A stretch of DNA of 60,291 bases, filler included, from Sphacelaria rigidula (GCA_964200075.2; 9 parts of 9 records of this genome joined end to end with filler, not necessarily neighbours in it); one strand, 5' to 3'. Shown: positions 23,801 to 36,345, counted from the first letter of the whole stretch. Translations and numbers: made by a program. The notes: generated by a model not told the origin, from the sequence alone.

Positions 23801-26543
23801 ACACAAGCTGGGATTCGGTGGAGGGGCGGAAGGGAATGGAGCAGTAGTGCGGTGCGCTTTATGGAGGGATGGATAGATGGATGGATGACACCATGCAAAT
23901 GTTGAAGAGGTTGAGAACTAGAAATTGGAACTAAAATGATAACCAACAATTGAAGACTGGAAAAGAAAGGAATACAACGGTGGGCCCCTGCCGCATGACT
24001 CCCGGTAAAACTGCAGGAAGACGGAAGAGCGGTAAAATCTTCGAGAACATGGGCAGATATTTGAATGAATCGGCCGGGTCTTGAAGCGATGCAAATTGCA
24101 CCGTTGGAACAATCGAATCGTTGCAGTATTGAGCTCTCCGGAGTTTATGCACACGTCATCACCCAGGAAGCGGTGATCGATCTCATCTGCGCGAAGAATT
24201 AAATTCCCCGGCGTTGTCCACCATGTCGTTCTGTTCCACTTTTTTCTGTTCCTTTTTCTTCTTCAAAGAGTGTTTCATTTTTGTTTTTGCCTTGGGTACA
24301 TCTATCATTTGACCACGGCTGGACCCCTGGGGGGTCAGTTCAAGTTGTTGTTGTTGTTGTTGTTGTCTTCACATTAAAAGCCGTTCCGATATCTGCGCGG
24401 TACATTGGTACTGGGCATCTTATGCGGACGCCTTCCGTGGTCACAGGCTAGCAGAAGAAACCAAAATAAAGTGCGACAATCAATTCCTCAATCAATCCTG
24501 ACCTTGATTCAAACAAGCAAAACTACTGTACCGTGACGCGCGCGCGCCTCCCAGCGAGCCCATAATCAATCACGCATCGTCTTTTGCTTTTCTTGCCTGT
24601 TTTTTTTCTTTATCCGTATCCACCGCCGGTGCTACGAAGGGATCCCGATTACGGCGCAATTCTGAATGAACTGGAAGATGACAAAAATGTAGGCGAGACC
24701 GTGTCTGCAAATGCCTCCCCTGTCCGCACGACAACGACGACGACTGTCAGCAGCGGCAGTAGCGGCAGTAGCGGCAGCAGCGGCAGCAGCGGCAGCAGGA
24801 GCAGTCGTAGTAGCACCGACGGCTTGGCCACGTTGAGGGATAAGCAACGCCCGGAGGACAGGAGGAGAGCGGCGGAAGAGGCGAGGCAGATGGAACTCAT
24901 GCAGAGGGAAGAGAGAGAGGTGCAGGCAGTCAAGAATCACAAAACAGGTACTCTGTCTTCCATCCGTAACATATGTTACGTACAAAGAAGAGATACTATG
25001 AGGGCGGTGAAGCGTTGGGTGGTTTTAGGTGCCACAGATGCCGAGCTTTGTCTTCGTTGAAGTGCGACAATCAATGAATGAAGGGTACCCTGCGGGATCA
25101 TTCCCGGAATATTGGATACACACTTCGGTTTGGTCTAGTATGCCAACCAAAAATCACCCACTTCCGGGTACACTCTACAATAGGTACAGAACACCAACTT
25201 GGAATTCATTATTCATGTGATCATTGCTTGCTTTTCATTTACCGTTCTCGTTTTTTGTTATTTTTTCTTGTCGTGTCACAACACGACCTAGTAATAAACG
25301 TTCGTGTGGTCGTTGCTTATATATAATCTTCCTTGTTTTCTTTTTCTTGTCGTGTCTTACTTTGCTGCTGCTTGAATTTGGTTCAGCGAGTATTTATGTC
25401 CATTTCTGCGATTTTGTATCTGTCTTGAGTATGGCCACTGCTATTTAGAGGCGTTGCGGGTCTGTTGATGTAAGAAAACCAACCGGTCGATCAATCAAAA
25501 CACAAAGCTCTGTGCGAAGGGCCAGCCGCTGGAGGCCTGCAATTTTATTGAAGACGCTCCGCCCATGTAGATTTCCTCCGCAATTTTACTCATGTTCTGT
25601 TCTTACCGGTTTACAGAAAGCACGGCAGCATCAGAGAAATGAGCGGAGTTTGTTTCATGTGTTGGGCAACATGTTTAATGAGTAACCTGTTCGCTTCCTA
25701 GCGTTAGCGCTTCATGAACAAAAGATATGCGGTTCTTTTCCCGGCATGATCGATTATGGAAGGAATGAGTTTGCCATGTGAACAGTGAGGCTTGCTAGGG
25801 GCACGAGGCCCCGGAGATCACTGATGTGTCATGCCGGGACAGACCACGCGACATATCTTTCGTTGAGGAAGTAAACTGTTCGCTTCCTGAACACAACACC
25901 CGTTTTTCCATACGGAAGAAAGAAAAAGTGTGCGGAGACAACGTGCAGTCAGCTACCATCTTGCCGTTTTGGTGGGTGTAATGTTTCCATCACGCTCTTG
26001 TATTTGATTCTACACTTTCGTCATGCTCTTGTTGTGGGCTTGTTTGCAAACTGTTTTCCGGGGTGTGCAATATCCTCTTGAGATTGCCGTCACATCACCG
26101 CCTCTCCTTCATGGATAACAATCCCGATTTTAATTTGAACACCCTCCCGGCTTTTGATGTTTGTAGGCGTGTGTATCTGTGTGTCTTAATTTACGCTGTT
26201 TTCCTGCACCGGTGTCATGTTCCAGATGAAGAAAGCAGTGGGGACGAAGAGTTCGTGGATGAAGAAGAAACGTTGGCGCATTCTACTGGAGATTTGGATG
26301 ATGAAGATTCAGACACCCTGTCCGAGGATGACACAGGAGGAGCGGGAGGAGGCGTTTCGCGCGCGTCCCGCCACCATTTGAAGAAAGGTATCGACCGCGC
26401 AGTCAAAAATATCGAGCAGCAAGGAAAACTTGGCGAACAAGATGACCAGGAGGAGGAAGAGACGCAAACCAACGACGGAATGTTTCTGGTGGCAGGAGGG
26501 CGGGGGTTGCTAGGAAGAGGCAGCCCCGTCGCTGCCGCCGAAG
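20839..26543 (+). CDS. Internal exons of a BRCT-domain protein (microcephalin-like N-terminal BRCT followed by a disordered acidic region); exons 20839-20909, 23675-23760, 24640-24947, 26226-26543
   Basis: Four AG/GT-bounded exons join with matching phases (0, 2, 1): VAQRAADAGVTLVSTSWVFECKK-TKRKTALEPVCRQWEQVDDEGRCFSSSQR-DPDYGAILNELEDD...KNHKT-DEESSGDEEFVDEEE... The V.LVS..WV.EC pattern is the BRCT WxxxC helix motif. The last donor is uncertain. Confidence 0.72.
21586..21860 (-). mobile_element. SINE family 1 copy
   Basis: gtcccatgtattctggacgccggtctacacc...tttccctcgtcgac...tgtgtacccgcgacat is shared with 50452-50720. Confidence 0.75.
22056..22170 (-). mobile_element. LINE 3'-end fragment
   Basis: catccctttcgagacgtagcaccattccta... 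matches 7200-7280. Confidence 0.7.
23180..23258 (+). mobile_element. Extreme 3' end of the LINE family with a C/(CCA)n tail
   Basis: gggtgcgtggtcaacagtcc...ggcaggcaacaaatgagtacacccccccccccaccaccaccaccccc. Confidence 0.75.
24344..24450 (-). mobile_element. Family 3 copy with a (GTT)n = (CAA)n tail
   Basis: Reverse complement of the 5785-5905 family. Confidence 0.7.
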
Positions 26544-29109
26544 GTCAGAGTGTTCCTCGGTGGTTGGTTGACTGGCATTTCTGTTCTCTGTTCCTCCTTT
26601 TCTTCTTTTTCTTCTTCCTACTCTTTTTTTTTTTCAGTTTTTTCTCCGGTTTATTTTTTTTTTTGTTTCCTCATGTCATCGTTTTTTTCATCCAGTAATC
26701 CAGTTGGTTTTTAAGAAATTCAGTCATTTGGTTTTTTCGTTTTTNNNNNNNNNNNNNNNNNNNNNNNNNNNNNNNNNNNNNNNNNNNNTTAATTAATTAA
26801 NNNNNNNNNNNNNNNNNNNNNNNNNNNNNNNNNNNNNNNNNNNNCTTCTCGGGCCGAGGTCGGATAGGTTACGTTCCATGCACACTCGCCCACTCTTGAG
26901 CTACCCTTCGAGCCGGACATCTGTTTCTACTGTTTACCTTTGGTGAGAACAGTGTGCTAGGCGAGCAAGGGAATAATAAGTGAGAGTTACGAGACATCAC
27001 TCCTTCGAGCTCCTTTTGTCTGTTTGCTATTGTCAACCAACAGTCGCGTGAATCTGTGTGTGAAACACATATCTGCAGCTTGTTCTACTCGGACATATTG
27101 CACCTTGTGTATCTTACCAAGCTTGCAGTGCGTTGATCTATCAAGGAAGGTGTGTGGAGTTCTGTCCATACCTATCCCTATTACACTAGCGTTCGATTAA
27201 TTGGCCGTGTCTTGCTTGGTTTTTCAGTAGCGTTTCACTCGTATTCTTGTAGCCTCGTTGCCTTGTTTAGCTATAGTTCACTACTGTCCCTCGTTTTTTG
27301 TTGGTTGCACCTGTACCTTCCCTTTCTTCGTGTAGCAGACTACAGTCGTTGATTTTTACTCAGCTTAGAGTGTTTTTTTTTGCTGTGTTATAGTGCGGTA
27401 GGTCATTCCCGCAGTTACGTTTTCCCCACAGCAGTCACCACTGCGCCTCCGCCGCTGGCGCACTCTGTCTTTGTCCTTCTCCTGCTTCGGTCGCTCCTTT
27501 TGCTGAGCCGCACTCTTGATATATATTATATAGTGCCTTTGTTCTGTTTTCATCGTCCTTTCTGTCCCACATCGCTCGCCGAATATCCCGCCCAGCGCTG
27601 CGTCAGATTGCTTGTTGTAAACCCTTGCGGACAGTTGACACTATATCTTATTGGACAGATCCAACCACGCCGCTTTTATCTTACGGCGAAAGCGACTATA
27701 CCTTTTCTCCTTGCAGGACGTTGTCACTTGTGTGCCGCTGCTGTGTCTATAGTGCGGTGTCCTCTCATTCTTGACACTGACTGCTTCAGTGTTTTCGTTC
27801 ACCGCTTACAACCACGCTTACTTTTTCGGTGCGACAATTGCGTAGTCGCAACTGCCGCAGTAGTAGTAGTAGTAGTTGTGGTAGTAGCACCTGCCGCTCC
27901 AGCGTGCAGAGTACTGTAGTGCACACTATTTGTTCTCCCGCGCGACAATCTGCACCAACACAATTGTCAAATTCGGAGCTGTACTTCTCTCATCGCAACT
28001 CCCATCAGGTTTCTATCACACCCCAGCCCCGCTTCTACATTTTTCGCTGGGTGAGCATTACGTGATCTTCTTTTCATCTGTGGGTCGAGCGGGACTCCTC
28101 CGGGCGGGACTCTTGTACTTTGTGCGTGTACTGGTGGACATATTTTTCATCTTTCGCGTGGGTACTACATACATATTTTCCTTTCCCTTTTGGCCCTGCA
28201 CTGCGTGATCCACTTTTTCCTCTTTGGTGCTGCACTACCTGGATCGCTTTACGATTTCCCGATTTCTTGCTCGAAATTTCGTATCCCCCTGTAGTCTTTT
28301 CAGGTTGTCGCCTGATCTGCACCAACATTAGTGCTTCAGTCGGCTGCTACGGTTGTCTCCTCTTGGATCTCTGCACCTGACTTCAGTGTTTCGCACCATC
28401 GCTGCCGCGCTTTTGATGGTCTTTCTGTATCGAATTCCAACACTATGCACGCATCGCCTTCACTTTGGCCACGTGATCCATACTAGTTTTGGCGTCCATT
28501 TTCACGGTCTCGAGTTGTGTTTTTTTTCTACACCTCCTGTGTGCGGTGTCTTACTTGCACCACTGACGTACCCCTGTCCAGCGTGTGCCTGGCCACTAAG
28601 TACCCCAGTCACATTTGACGTGCACAGTGCGCCCGTCGGACATTGTCCGGGTGTCTGCCTTCTTTCACAGTCGCCTGATTGGTTGGTTTTGCTCTTGCAC
28701 CAAACCTCTCGTGCGACAACTGTTGGGTTTATCTGTAAGTTTGTTACTTCGCGACTATTTACACCTTTGTACACCTTTAGTGCGCCCCCCCTACTCCCCC
28801 ACACACAGTTTCCTCTACAGGTGTCTTATTTCCGCCGCAGTTTCTCCCTTTTCGGCGCTTAATCATCTCCACCTTTATGCTCTGCTGTCTGCCTTTTCGG
28901 TACTTGGAATTGCCGAGATTGCGCTGGTTGTTCTTATCATAGCAGTCTATTCTACTTTGGTGTACCTCCGTTTATAAATCTCAGTAGTCTTTACTGCTTA
29001 ATTATTTTTTCGGTACTTACAATCCCCCGAGTCTACATTACCTGCTATTATCATACCAGAACTATTGTACTCTGGTGTCTGGCGTCCATTTCTACCTTTT
29101 CAATTTATT

Positions 29110-32100
29110 ATGGCGCAACCGCAGAAAATAATTCTCCCCTCGGCACCGCCTACTTACAAATCTTTACGCCGTCAGCGTGTTTTTTCATCACTTCCTTCAA
29201 AACCATCCACTCTTACTTTCCCTGTACACGAAGAAGTAAAATCCGACAGAGCTTCGGCCCTCCACTCTGGCGACTCCACGTCTCAAGACTTGGCTGCTAG
29301 TGGCGACCGCGACCACCATTTGTCCAAGACTTCCAACATGATCATCGAGTCGCTACGCGCTCGCTCTGTTGCGAAGCGCACACCGTCCAAGACTCCCGAC
29401 ATGATCGACGAGACGCTACGCGCTCGCTCTGTCGCAGACCGACCACTGTCCAAGACTTCCAACATGATCGACGAGCCGCTACGCGCTCGCTCTGTTGTGC
29501 GACGCACACCGTCTAGGAGTTCCCACATGTCTCACGAGTCGCCACTCGTTGCCACTGTTGTGAAACGCAAACCGCTTCAGGCTTCTACCGCGGTTATTGA
29601 CTCACCCCGCGCTCGCGGTGTTGATGAACGGCATCCGTCCATGCCTTCCGATGTTTTCGGTACGTCACACAAGGGTTCCGATGCCTTACAGCGCCCGCGA
29701 CGATACGACATGTATCGTGAAGACATTTGTGTTCACCAGCCCTCGCGCCGAACATCCTCCTCGCGTCTTGGCCGGTCCGAAGAGCTTTCCACAGGGCACT
29801 TGCCTTTAGTAACGGCTCTTGAGCACTTGCTTCGTTCACCACCGGCTGTCATTTCTGACGGTCCGGCGACAACTGCCCTTTCACAAACGCTTGCGACCGC
29901 GTTTTATACAGCCGTTCAACATTCAACGTTCTCAGATCATATTCACTTTGACAGTAATGTGAATCATCAGGCCTCTGTACCAGTGGCTGCAGCCCATGGT
30001 GTCGAACGCTCATCCTCAGATGTTCCCTTTGATTTGGATATGGATGGTGATGCCATTGTTCACCATGGTGATCATATTGCTCATGTTCATGATGTACGTG
30101 CATTGCTATTGGGATTATCATCGACCACGGGATCCTCACGACCTAAATCTGTCGATCGGACCCATGCGCGTTCACGATTGCCCATAGATGCCTCGTGGAT
30201 TGACATTCCCGCATCTTTGCGAAACGGGCGCAGCACGAACCGTGCCCTTCCGCCCTACCCTGACGCTGCCACTGTACGTGCGGTGGAACGACAAATTGCA
30301 GATCTTCGTCGATACCTGCGATCTGCTTCAACAATGGTTCACACCCAGGCACCTTCCACCATCTCCCCTATCGCGGCCACCCCAGTTCCTGCGGCTGCAG
30401 ACATCGACACAGATGCGGAAAGCACCTGTGTTACGCCCCCCGCCCCCAGCGCGGCGGCGACTGCGGCTCCCGCCGCGGTGGCCGAGGATGACACCCCTAT
30501 CGCGGCCACTGATGAGGAATCGGCCACTTCGCCGCAGGCTTCTACTGCCACGGGCTCGGCTCCGGCGCCTTCCCCCGGATCTATCACGGACGACCGCCCC
30601 CTGTTGGGCGTCGAGAATTACCCGCCGGGCCTCCTGCCCCGGCTCTGGTTGCGACGTCCCCGCTCCGATCTGGAGCAAATCCTCGAGGATTACCGCGCCA
30701 TGCAATCGGCCACGCACCCTGCGCCACCTTCGCCCCGCCAAACGGCGGACGACGCTGCCCACCGTCTCCTTCATGACAACCTCACGGCACGTCTCACGCG
30801 CCAACGTCGAACCGTCGACTCGGTGACCAGCCGCCAGCAGGCGGCCCAGGAGACTCTGAATGAGCGTCTCGCGGCCTTTGACAAGATGCGCGACACCATC
30901 CGGCGCGATAAACACCGCCTGCACCAATACACCGCGGCCACGGCCACCGCCACCTCGGCTCTCCGATCTTTGGAACAGGAGCGACACCTTTCTCTTCTGG
31001 GGACAACACCGACTACGTCAGCGCCTGCGCCTACCTCTGCACATCCAAGCTCTGCGGAGAACCGTCGGCCCTCGCGCCTATACGCTGCTGCTGCCGCTTC
31101 TACGGCGTCGCCTACGCGCACCCCGCCTGCACCACCGCAGGTCCCTCAGGCCTCGGCGCCCCCTGCCCCCACACCTTGGCTCAACCTTCAGGGCAGCGAA
31201 CGTTGTTGGCTTTCTCGGATGCTACGCCAACTTTCAGGGAAGTTTAACCGCAACAATGTTCTCCGCGCCTCTGAGCAGGCTTGGCGCTCAATAACTCTGC
31301 CCACAAATAGTGTGATCGTCCCCTTCCTTCAGCAAGGGGGAAAGCTGCCGCACAACGACCCGGGAGCTCTCACCATTGAACGAATTGTCCTCTACCTTAC
31401 AATTGGTACCGGGGACAGTCGCCGCGCTGATGAGGCCGCCGTCGCCGCCCTCTTCGCTGCTATGCGGGCAGCCCACAACACGCTGCCGCCCGACGATGAT
31501 GGGGCCTGGATCACACCCCACCCCCCTCGCCACCGTCGTGATGACGACGACTTCGACGACGACCAACCCGGTGCCGAACAGCGCCGCGGTCAGGGCACCA
31601 CCCGTAACCACAACAATGGTCGCCGCACAACCCGGGGCACCCATAAACGCTCCGGCAACCACTCTTCAAGCTCGTCAACGACCAGACACCGTCAGCACAC
31701 CTTGACGCGATCCATGCGGCCCTCACCGGCCGTCAGGCAAGTAACGCCTCCTTTAGTAGCTGCGTCTGCTCGCCTTTTAGGTCTCACGGATAGTGATAGT
31801 GACAATTCGGCTCGCCCATTGTCTTCAAACTCGGCTCGGTCACTAGCTGCCGCCGCCGCAGCCAAACAACAAGCTGCCGCTGACAAAGTCGCTTCCGATA
31901 CTCGTAAAGAAGCGTCTCGTGTCGCTGTAATCAAGCGTGAGTACTTGCAGATGGATGTAAAGAAACTCTGGTATATCAAAACCATGCCTGCTGCAGACAA
32001 TGAGGACTCTGGTCAGTTCACGTCCGCTCTCATTTCCTCAATGCGTCGAACGATGCGCAACATCCTTGAGTTGGCCGATGAAACTGGTCAATAACGTTTC

Positions 32101-33306
32101 GAAGACTCTGACTGGATTGATGGATGGCAAACACCGCTGCATCAGGCTTTGCACCGCTCAATCAGCCGTCGCTCCCCTGACGTTGTTGCTTCCATAACGC
32201 AGATTCTCGACTCCTTCTTCGCCGCCATGGATCAAGATTGTGCCGGCGGGCAAACAGCGCCGCTATTATTCGGCAATTTGGAAAGGCGCATTATAGGTTA
32301 TTTTGATAAGTCTGATCAGGCAGGCGCCATCAAGCACCTCAGTTCCTTCGCCGTGGCAACAGACGTGCCCTTTGCTGACTACCTACTACGCGAATTCAAG
32401 CTTTTGGTGTCTAGTGTAACTGGTACTGGCCGACAGAATGGCCCTAGTGATACTATGTGTCAGACGTATGTTCGCAATAGCATCGCTCAGCAGTTTCCGA
32501 CGCTGATGCCGTCTCTATTTCCGGGCGCTTTGGCGCACAAAGAAGTACCTTACGCCTCCGTAGACGCGATGTGGAATGCGTTTGTAGATCAAGAACATAA
32601 TTTAACGCCCGCCATTCGTGGCACACAGTGTTCTTCTGGGTCTTCGCAGACCTTGCGTGCCGCATCCACGAGTACCTCCGGGTCTCGTGGACGCACTCAG
32701 ACTTTGTCCACTGATACTTGGACACCCAACTCTGTCGGTGGACCGGTCATGTCTGTTCGTAGCAAAAACGACCCGTTCCGTGCAAGCTTCCACGCTTGGC
32801 CTTTTTCGCCAGACACTTTTGATGACGTTTATGTCGTTTCCACAACTGCGTTCATCACCGATGACCTACATTTGTGGACCCCTTTGCTTTCGCCTTTGGC
32901 TCGCAAGGATGCTTTTCGTCTCCATGCTAACACATGCATCAACTGCAATGGTACTGGCCACAGTATGCGTGACTGCCCTGAACCTTGCATCAATATTTTT
33001 TCGCTCATAAACCCTGAACTTCAGAGCAACTGGCAGGCGTGGCGCCGATGGCAAAAACGCATGCGCGAGTATCGTCCACCTTCTCGCCACCATCGCCAGC
33101 CTTACCACAATCATAGCGACTCTCGCTCAAATCGCGACCGCCGCCACACCACCAACACCATCTCAGGTAGTCGTCATAGAGATACTTCTTTCCGCCCTTC
33201 TCAGTCTTCGCATGGTCATCACCAGCGAACGGGGTCGATTCACGACAAATCCAACCCCAATGCCAGAAACCCTGGCTCTTTCATGACGAATCGCAATGAT
33301 CCATGA
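29110..33306 (+). mobile_element. Very large gag-like ORF of a retrotransposon (LTR or DIRS/Ngaro type) with a CCHC zinc knuckle, interrupted by one in-frame TAA at 32092-32094
   Basis: The intronless ORFs 29065-32094 and 32149-33306 are in the same frame, with open codons RFEDSDWIDGWQTPLHQAL between them. The first ATG is at 29110. CINCNGTGHSMRDC is C-X2-C-X4-H-X4-C. A coiled-coil-like segment and an Arg/Ser-rich tail are also present. Confidence 0.72.
29321..29640 (+). repeat. 63-bp (21-aa) coding tandem repeat, about 5 units
   Basis: SKTSNMIIESLRARSVAKRTP / SKTPDMIDETLRARSVADRPL / SKTSNMIDEPLRARSVVRRTP / SRSSHMSHESPLVATVVKRKP / LQASTAVIDSPRARGVDERHP. Confidence 0.85.
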
Positions 33307-33924
33307 CACGCCCACGACGGCGTGGAGTCTTCGGCGCCGCCAATAGCAACATCGAAGATTCATCCAACACACACTCGGGTGGAGCAATGCTACGGTAGGG
33401 GTGCCCTCTTTTCGCGAAATTTTGTCTGGTTCAGGGGCTCCTAACGATTCTAGANNNNNNNNNNNNNNNNNNNNNNNNNNNNNNNNNNNNNNNNNNNNTT
33501 AATTAATTAANNNNNNNNNNNNNNNNNNNNNNNNNNNNNNNNNNNNNNNNNNNNACACAGTCGTCTCCTCTGATTGGCCCCACGATACCCCCCGCCCCCC
33601 CCCAAACAAAAACAAAAAACAAAAAAAAAACACATTCGGGCGGCTTTTCTGGTCCGGGGACTGTGATGTCTACGAACTCTTTCTTTGCCTTCTTCGTAAC
33701 CTTGTGAGCTGTTCGGGTAATCACATTCGTTGATCGTGAAGGAAACCAACGGTGCCGCGTAAACGCTGCACCGTACACTGACACCTCCATCACACGCACA
33801 GCATTACGTCACGCGAGAGAAACGATGCGTAGTAAGCCATCACCTTCACTGGTCGAGTAGATAGCGGCCGGCACCGTGTGTTTGGTATTTTGGATCTGGG
33901 GCGAGGCCATGTCGGGAAAGCAAC

Positions 33925-34446
33925 GAGGGAGGCGTACTCATGATCCTGCATGACATGATCTCGAGTGCCGCAGTCACGAGATCGTTGAGATCACAGCCCT
34001 ACAAAGCCGGAACGGATCACGCTGGGTTCTCGCCGGGCCAGGCTCGTAATCACCAAGCGCGAAGCAATGTGATGTGTTCGGCGAGTCAGCTGGCGGGTGA
34101 TCTGCATCCTACTAAGATTGCTCGGCCCGAAGAGTACTGCTTGTCGTGCACAGGGATGGCAACCTTGGAAGAGTTGCTTCTGTTTCTAGTACCGTCACTT
34201 TCAGAGAGAGCCACGGGTTACACTGCCTCATGGCTGTCTCCCTATTCAAACGCTACGCAGTAAGATCACCACCTTTGCGCGGCGTTCAGATTATCCACCC
34301 CACACCGTATGATCCAACTCGATCAGTATCATGGCCATGGCAAATAAACGCAAAACAAAGGGGGGGGGGAAGCGGTAACCTGGTTGTCAAGCTTACGCAA
34401 TGAATGGGAGGTTCTGCAGCGTCGTTACCAACCGACGCCAAGCCTC
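33925..34446 (-). mobile_element. Most complete copy of SINE-like family 2 (A-box-like head, body, block A, LINE-type tail)
   Basis: Head ggcttggcgtcggttggtaacgacgctg; body similar to 6711-7000; ends ...catgagtacgcc like the LINE. Confidence 0.7.
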
Positions 34447-36218
34447 AATAAGGACACTGGGGGGAAAGCTTCAAACCTAAGTTTGGGGGACGTGAATCGT
34501 TCTCGATGAACTGCTACTCCCGCCTGCCGCGCTTCGTGCTTCCTCGACTACAATACGGACAACTGTTCTTACGCCGAAGGTCTGGTGGCGGGGCGCCGGA
34601 AAGCCCACATCTCTTTAACGGGACGGAAGTTAGTGCACCGTACTGTCTGCAGAGCTTTGCGGTTTGGCGAAAACAACAGCTTTTTATCTCAACTGAATTG
34701 CCTGACCTACCGACGCGAGAACAAATTAGTCAGACGCGGTCAAAGGAAAGCTATCGCTAGCAATATCAAGCACGGTTTGCAGGTCGGCCTGACTCTTTTA
34801 GGCGACGTTTGAACCATTCGATCGGCTATGGTTTGTCAGCCGGTGGGCGTAAATCGACATACGCCCAGATCTCACGCACCTCAACAGAATGTTGGCTGCG
34901 GGTGCTGGACCCATTCGCAACAATGGCAACAACATCGAAAATTCATCTTTTCGATTCAGGTTATGGGAAACTCAATCGGAATTCGAATTCGAAATCGTCT
35001 ACGTTGCTGCTGTGCTTGGGCGACTGACTACCGAGGACCGCAACAAGTGACGGTCCCAGCATTTTCCTGAAATAGAAAAGTAGCCAATCAGTGAAGCATA
35101 TACACAAGTTGAGTGTTGTTTTCCAATCATGATTAAGCTCTCCTTTTCCTCTAGACGAGTCTCTGACGTTGTTAATAGGGATATGCGGGCGCTATTTCAA
35201 CATGGGTTCATCTATAGCCGAAAAGGACGATTCAAGAGCCCGCGTATCCCTATTAGGCCAGCAGTGGCGCGTTTCCGCGTTGGTCGTACTATATCCTGTT
35301 GATACCCGTGCGCGTTTCCGCGTTGGTTGTACTATCCTGTTGATACCCGTGCGGATATTTCTTATACTGGATGATATTGCGAAATATTTCGCTGAAATCA
35401 GGTGCTGATGTATCTGCTCTGATATTCCACTAAATCGGGTAATCGTATGGTATTCTTGATTTTCATGTGACACACTCTCAGCCCTTTCCCTTCCTCTGGA
35501 CGAGTTCGTATATCTCAAGAGATTCACTCATCTGACCCCGGGTACACGCCTTGCCATTTGGTATCGCGGATTGGATGATGACCAACAGTCTCGTCAAGTA
35601 AGCTCTTCTTACTTCTCACGTTCTCATGTTTACAGCTACAGCTGCAGCGGCGGAAATCAAATACTTTTTTGATAAAAAACCAAATACATCTGCCGGGTAT
35701 CGAAGCTGCATTTTTCCGACCTAGCTGTTTCAATGGTACCATTAGATCACTGGGTCACGGCAGCATACATATTGAACTATGTGTCACATCAGGCCCGTTT
35801 CGGAGCCTGATATGCACCCCTGCTGCAAGTACGTGGTTTCTCAGATGTCCGCGGGGAAGATGTTATGTGGTAGCATGTAGCCTTCATTTCTCGTACCGTT
35901 GGTTTGAAACGCCGACCAAGCCGTTGAGGGTACTTAGTGACTCAGGGCGATGCAACGACGTACAAAGAGCATGGTAGCGAGCGTATTCGGGGTACTGATG
36001 AATCTAGGCGTTTTGCGCAGCACCATTCTTAGCGGCGGACACGTCATGATGTCACTTGATATTGGCCTCTTCATATCTGAGCTGCCGCGCCCCGGTGGTG
36101 TAAATTGAAACAACCAAACTGTCACCAATAGGGTGGCGAGAAGTAGGGTTCGATTCCCGATGCGTCGGGGTTTTGTCTTCGAAGTATCTTATTCACACCG
36201 TCGAAGGCGCTCATAGTG

Positions 36219-36345
36219 TTTTTTTTCGTTCCTTGACGGAAAGAGAAAACCTCGCCCAACACCTACACCGAAAGCGGATTGGTGTGCCGATTACCCGCTG
36301 GCTAGACTGCCTCATGGTGGTCATGTGGCATAGGCGCCTCTAAAG
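36219..36345 (-). mobile_element. SINE-like family 4 copy
   Basis: The reverse complement matches 51850-51981, including ccgtcaagg and the A-tail. Confidence 0.55.

Noticed and set aside
30143..32000. Several alternative-frame and antisense ORFs over the gag-like gene
   Set aside because: Expected in GC-rich coding DNA; no recognisable motifs.
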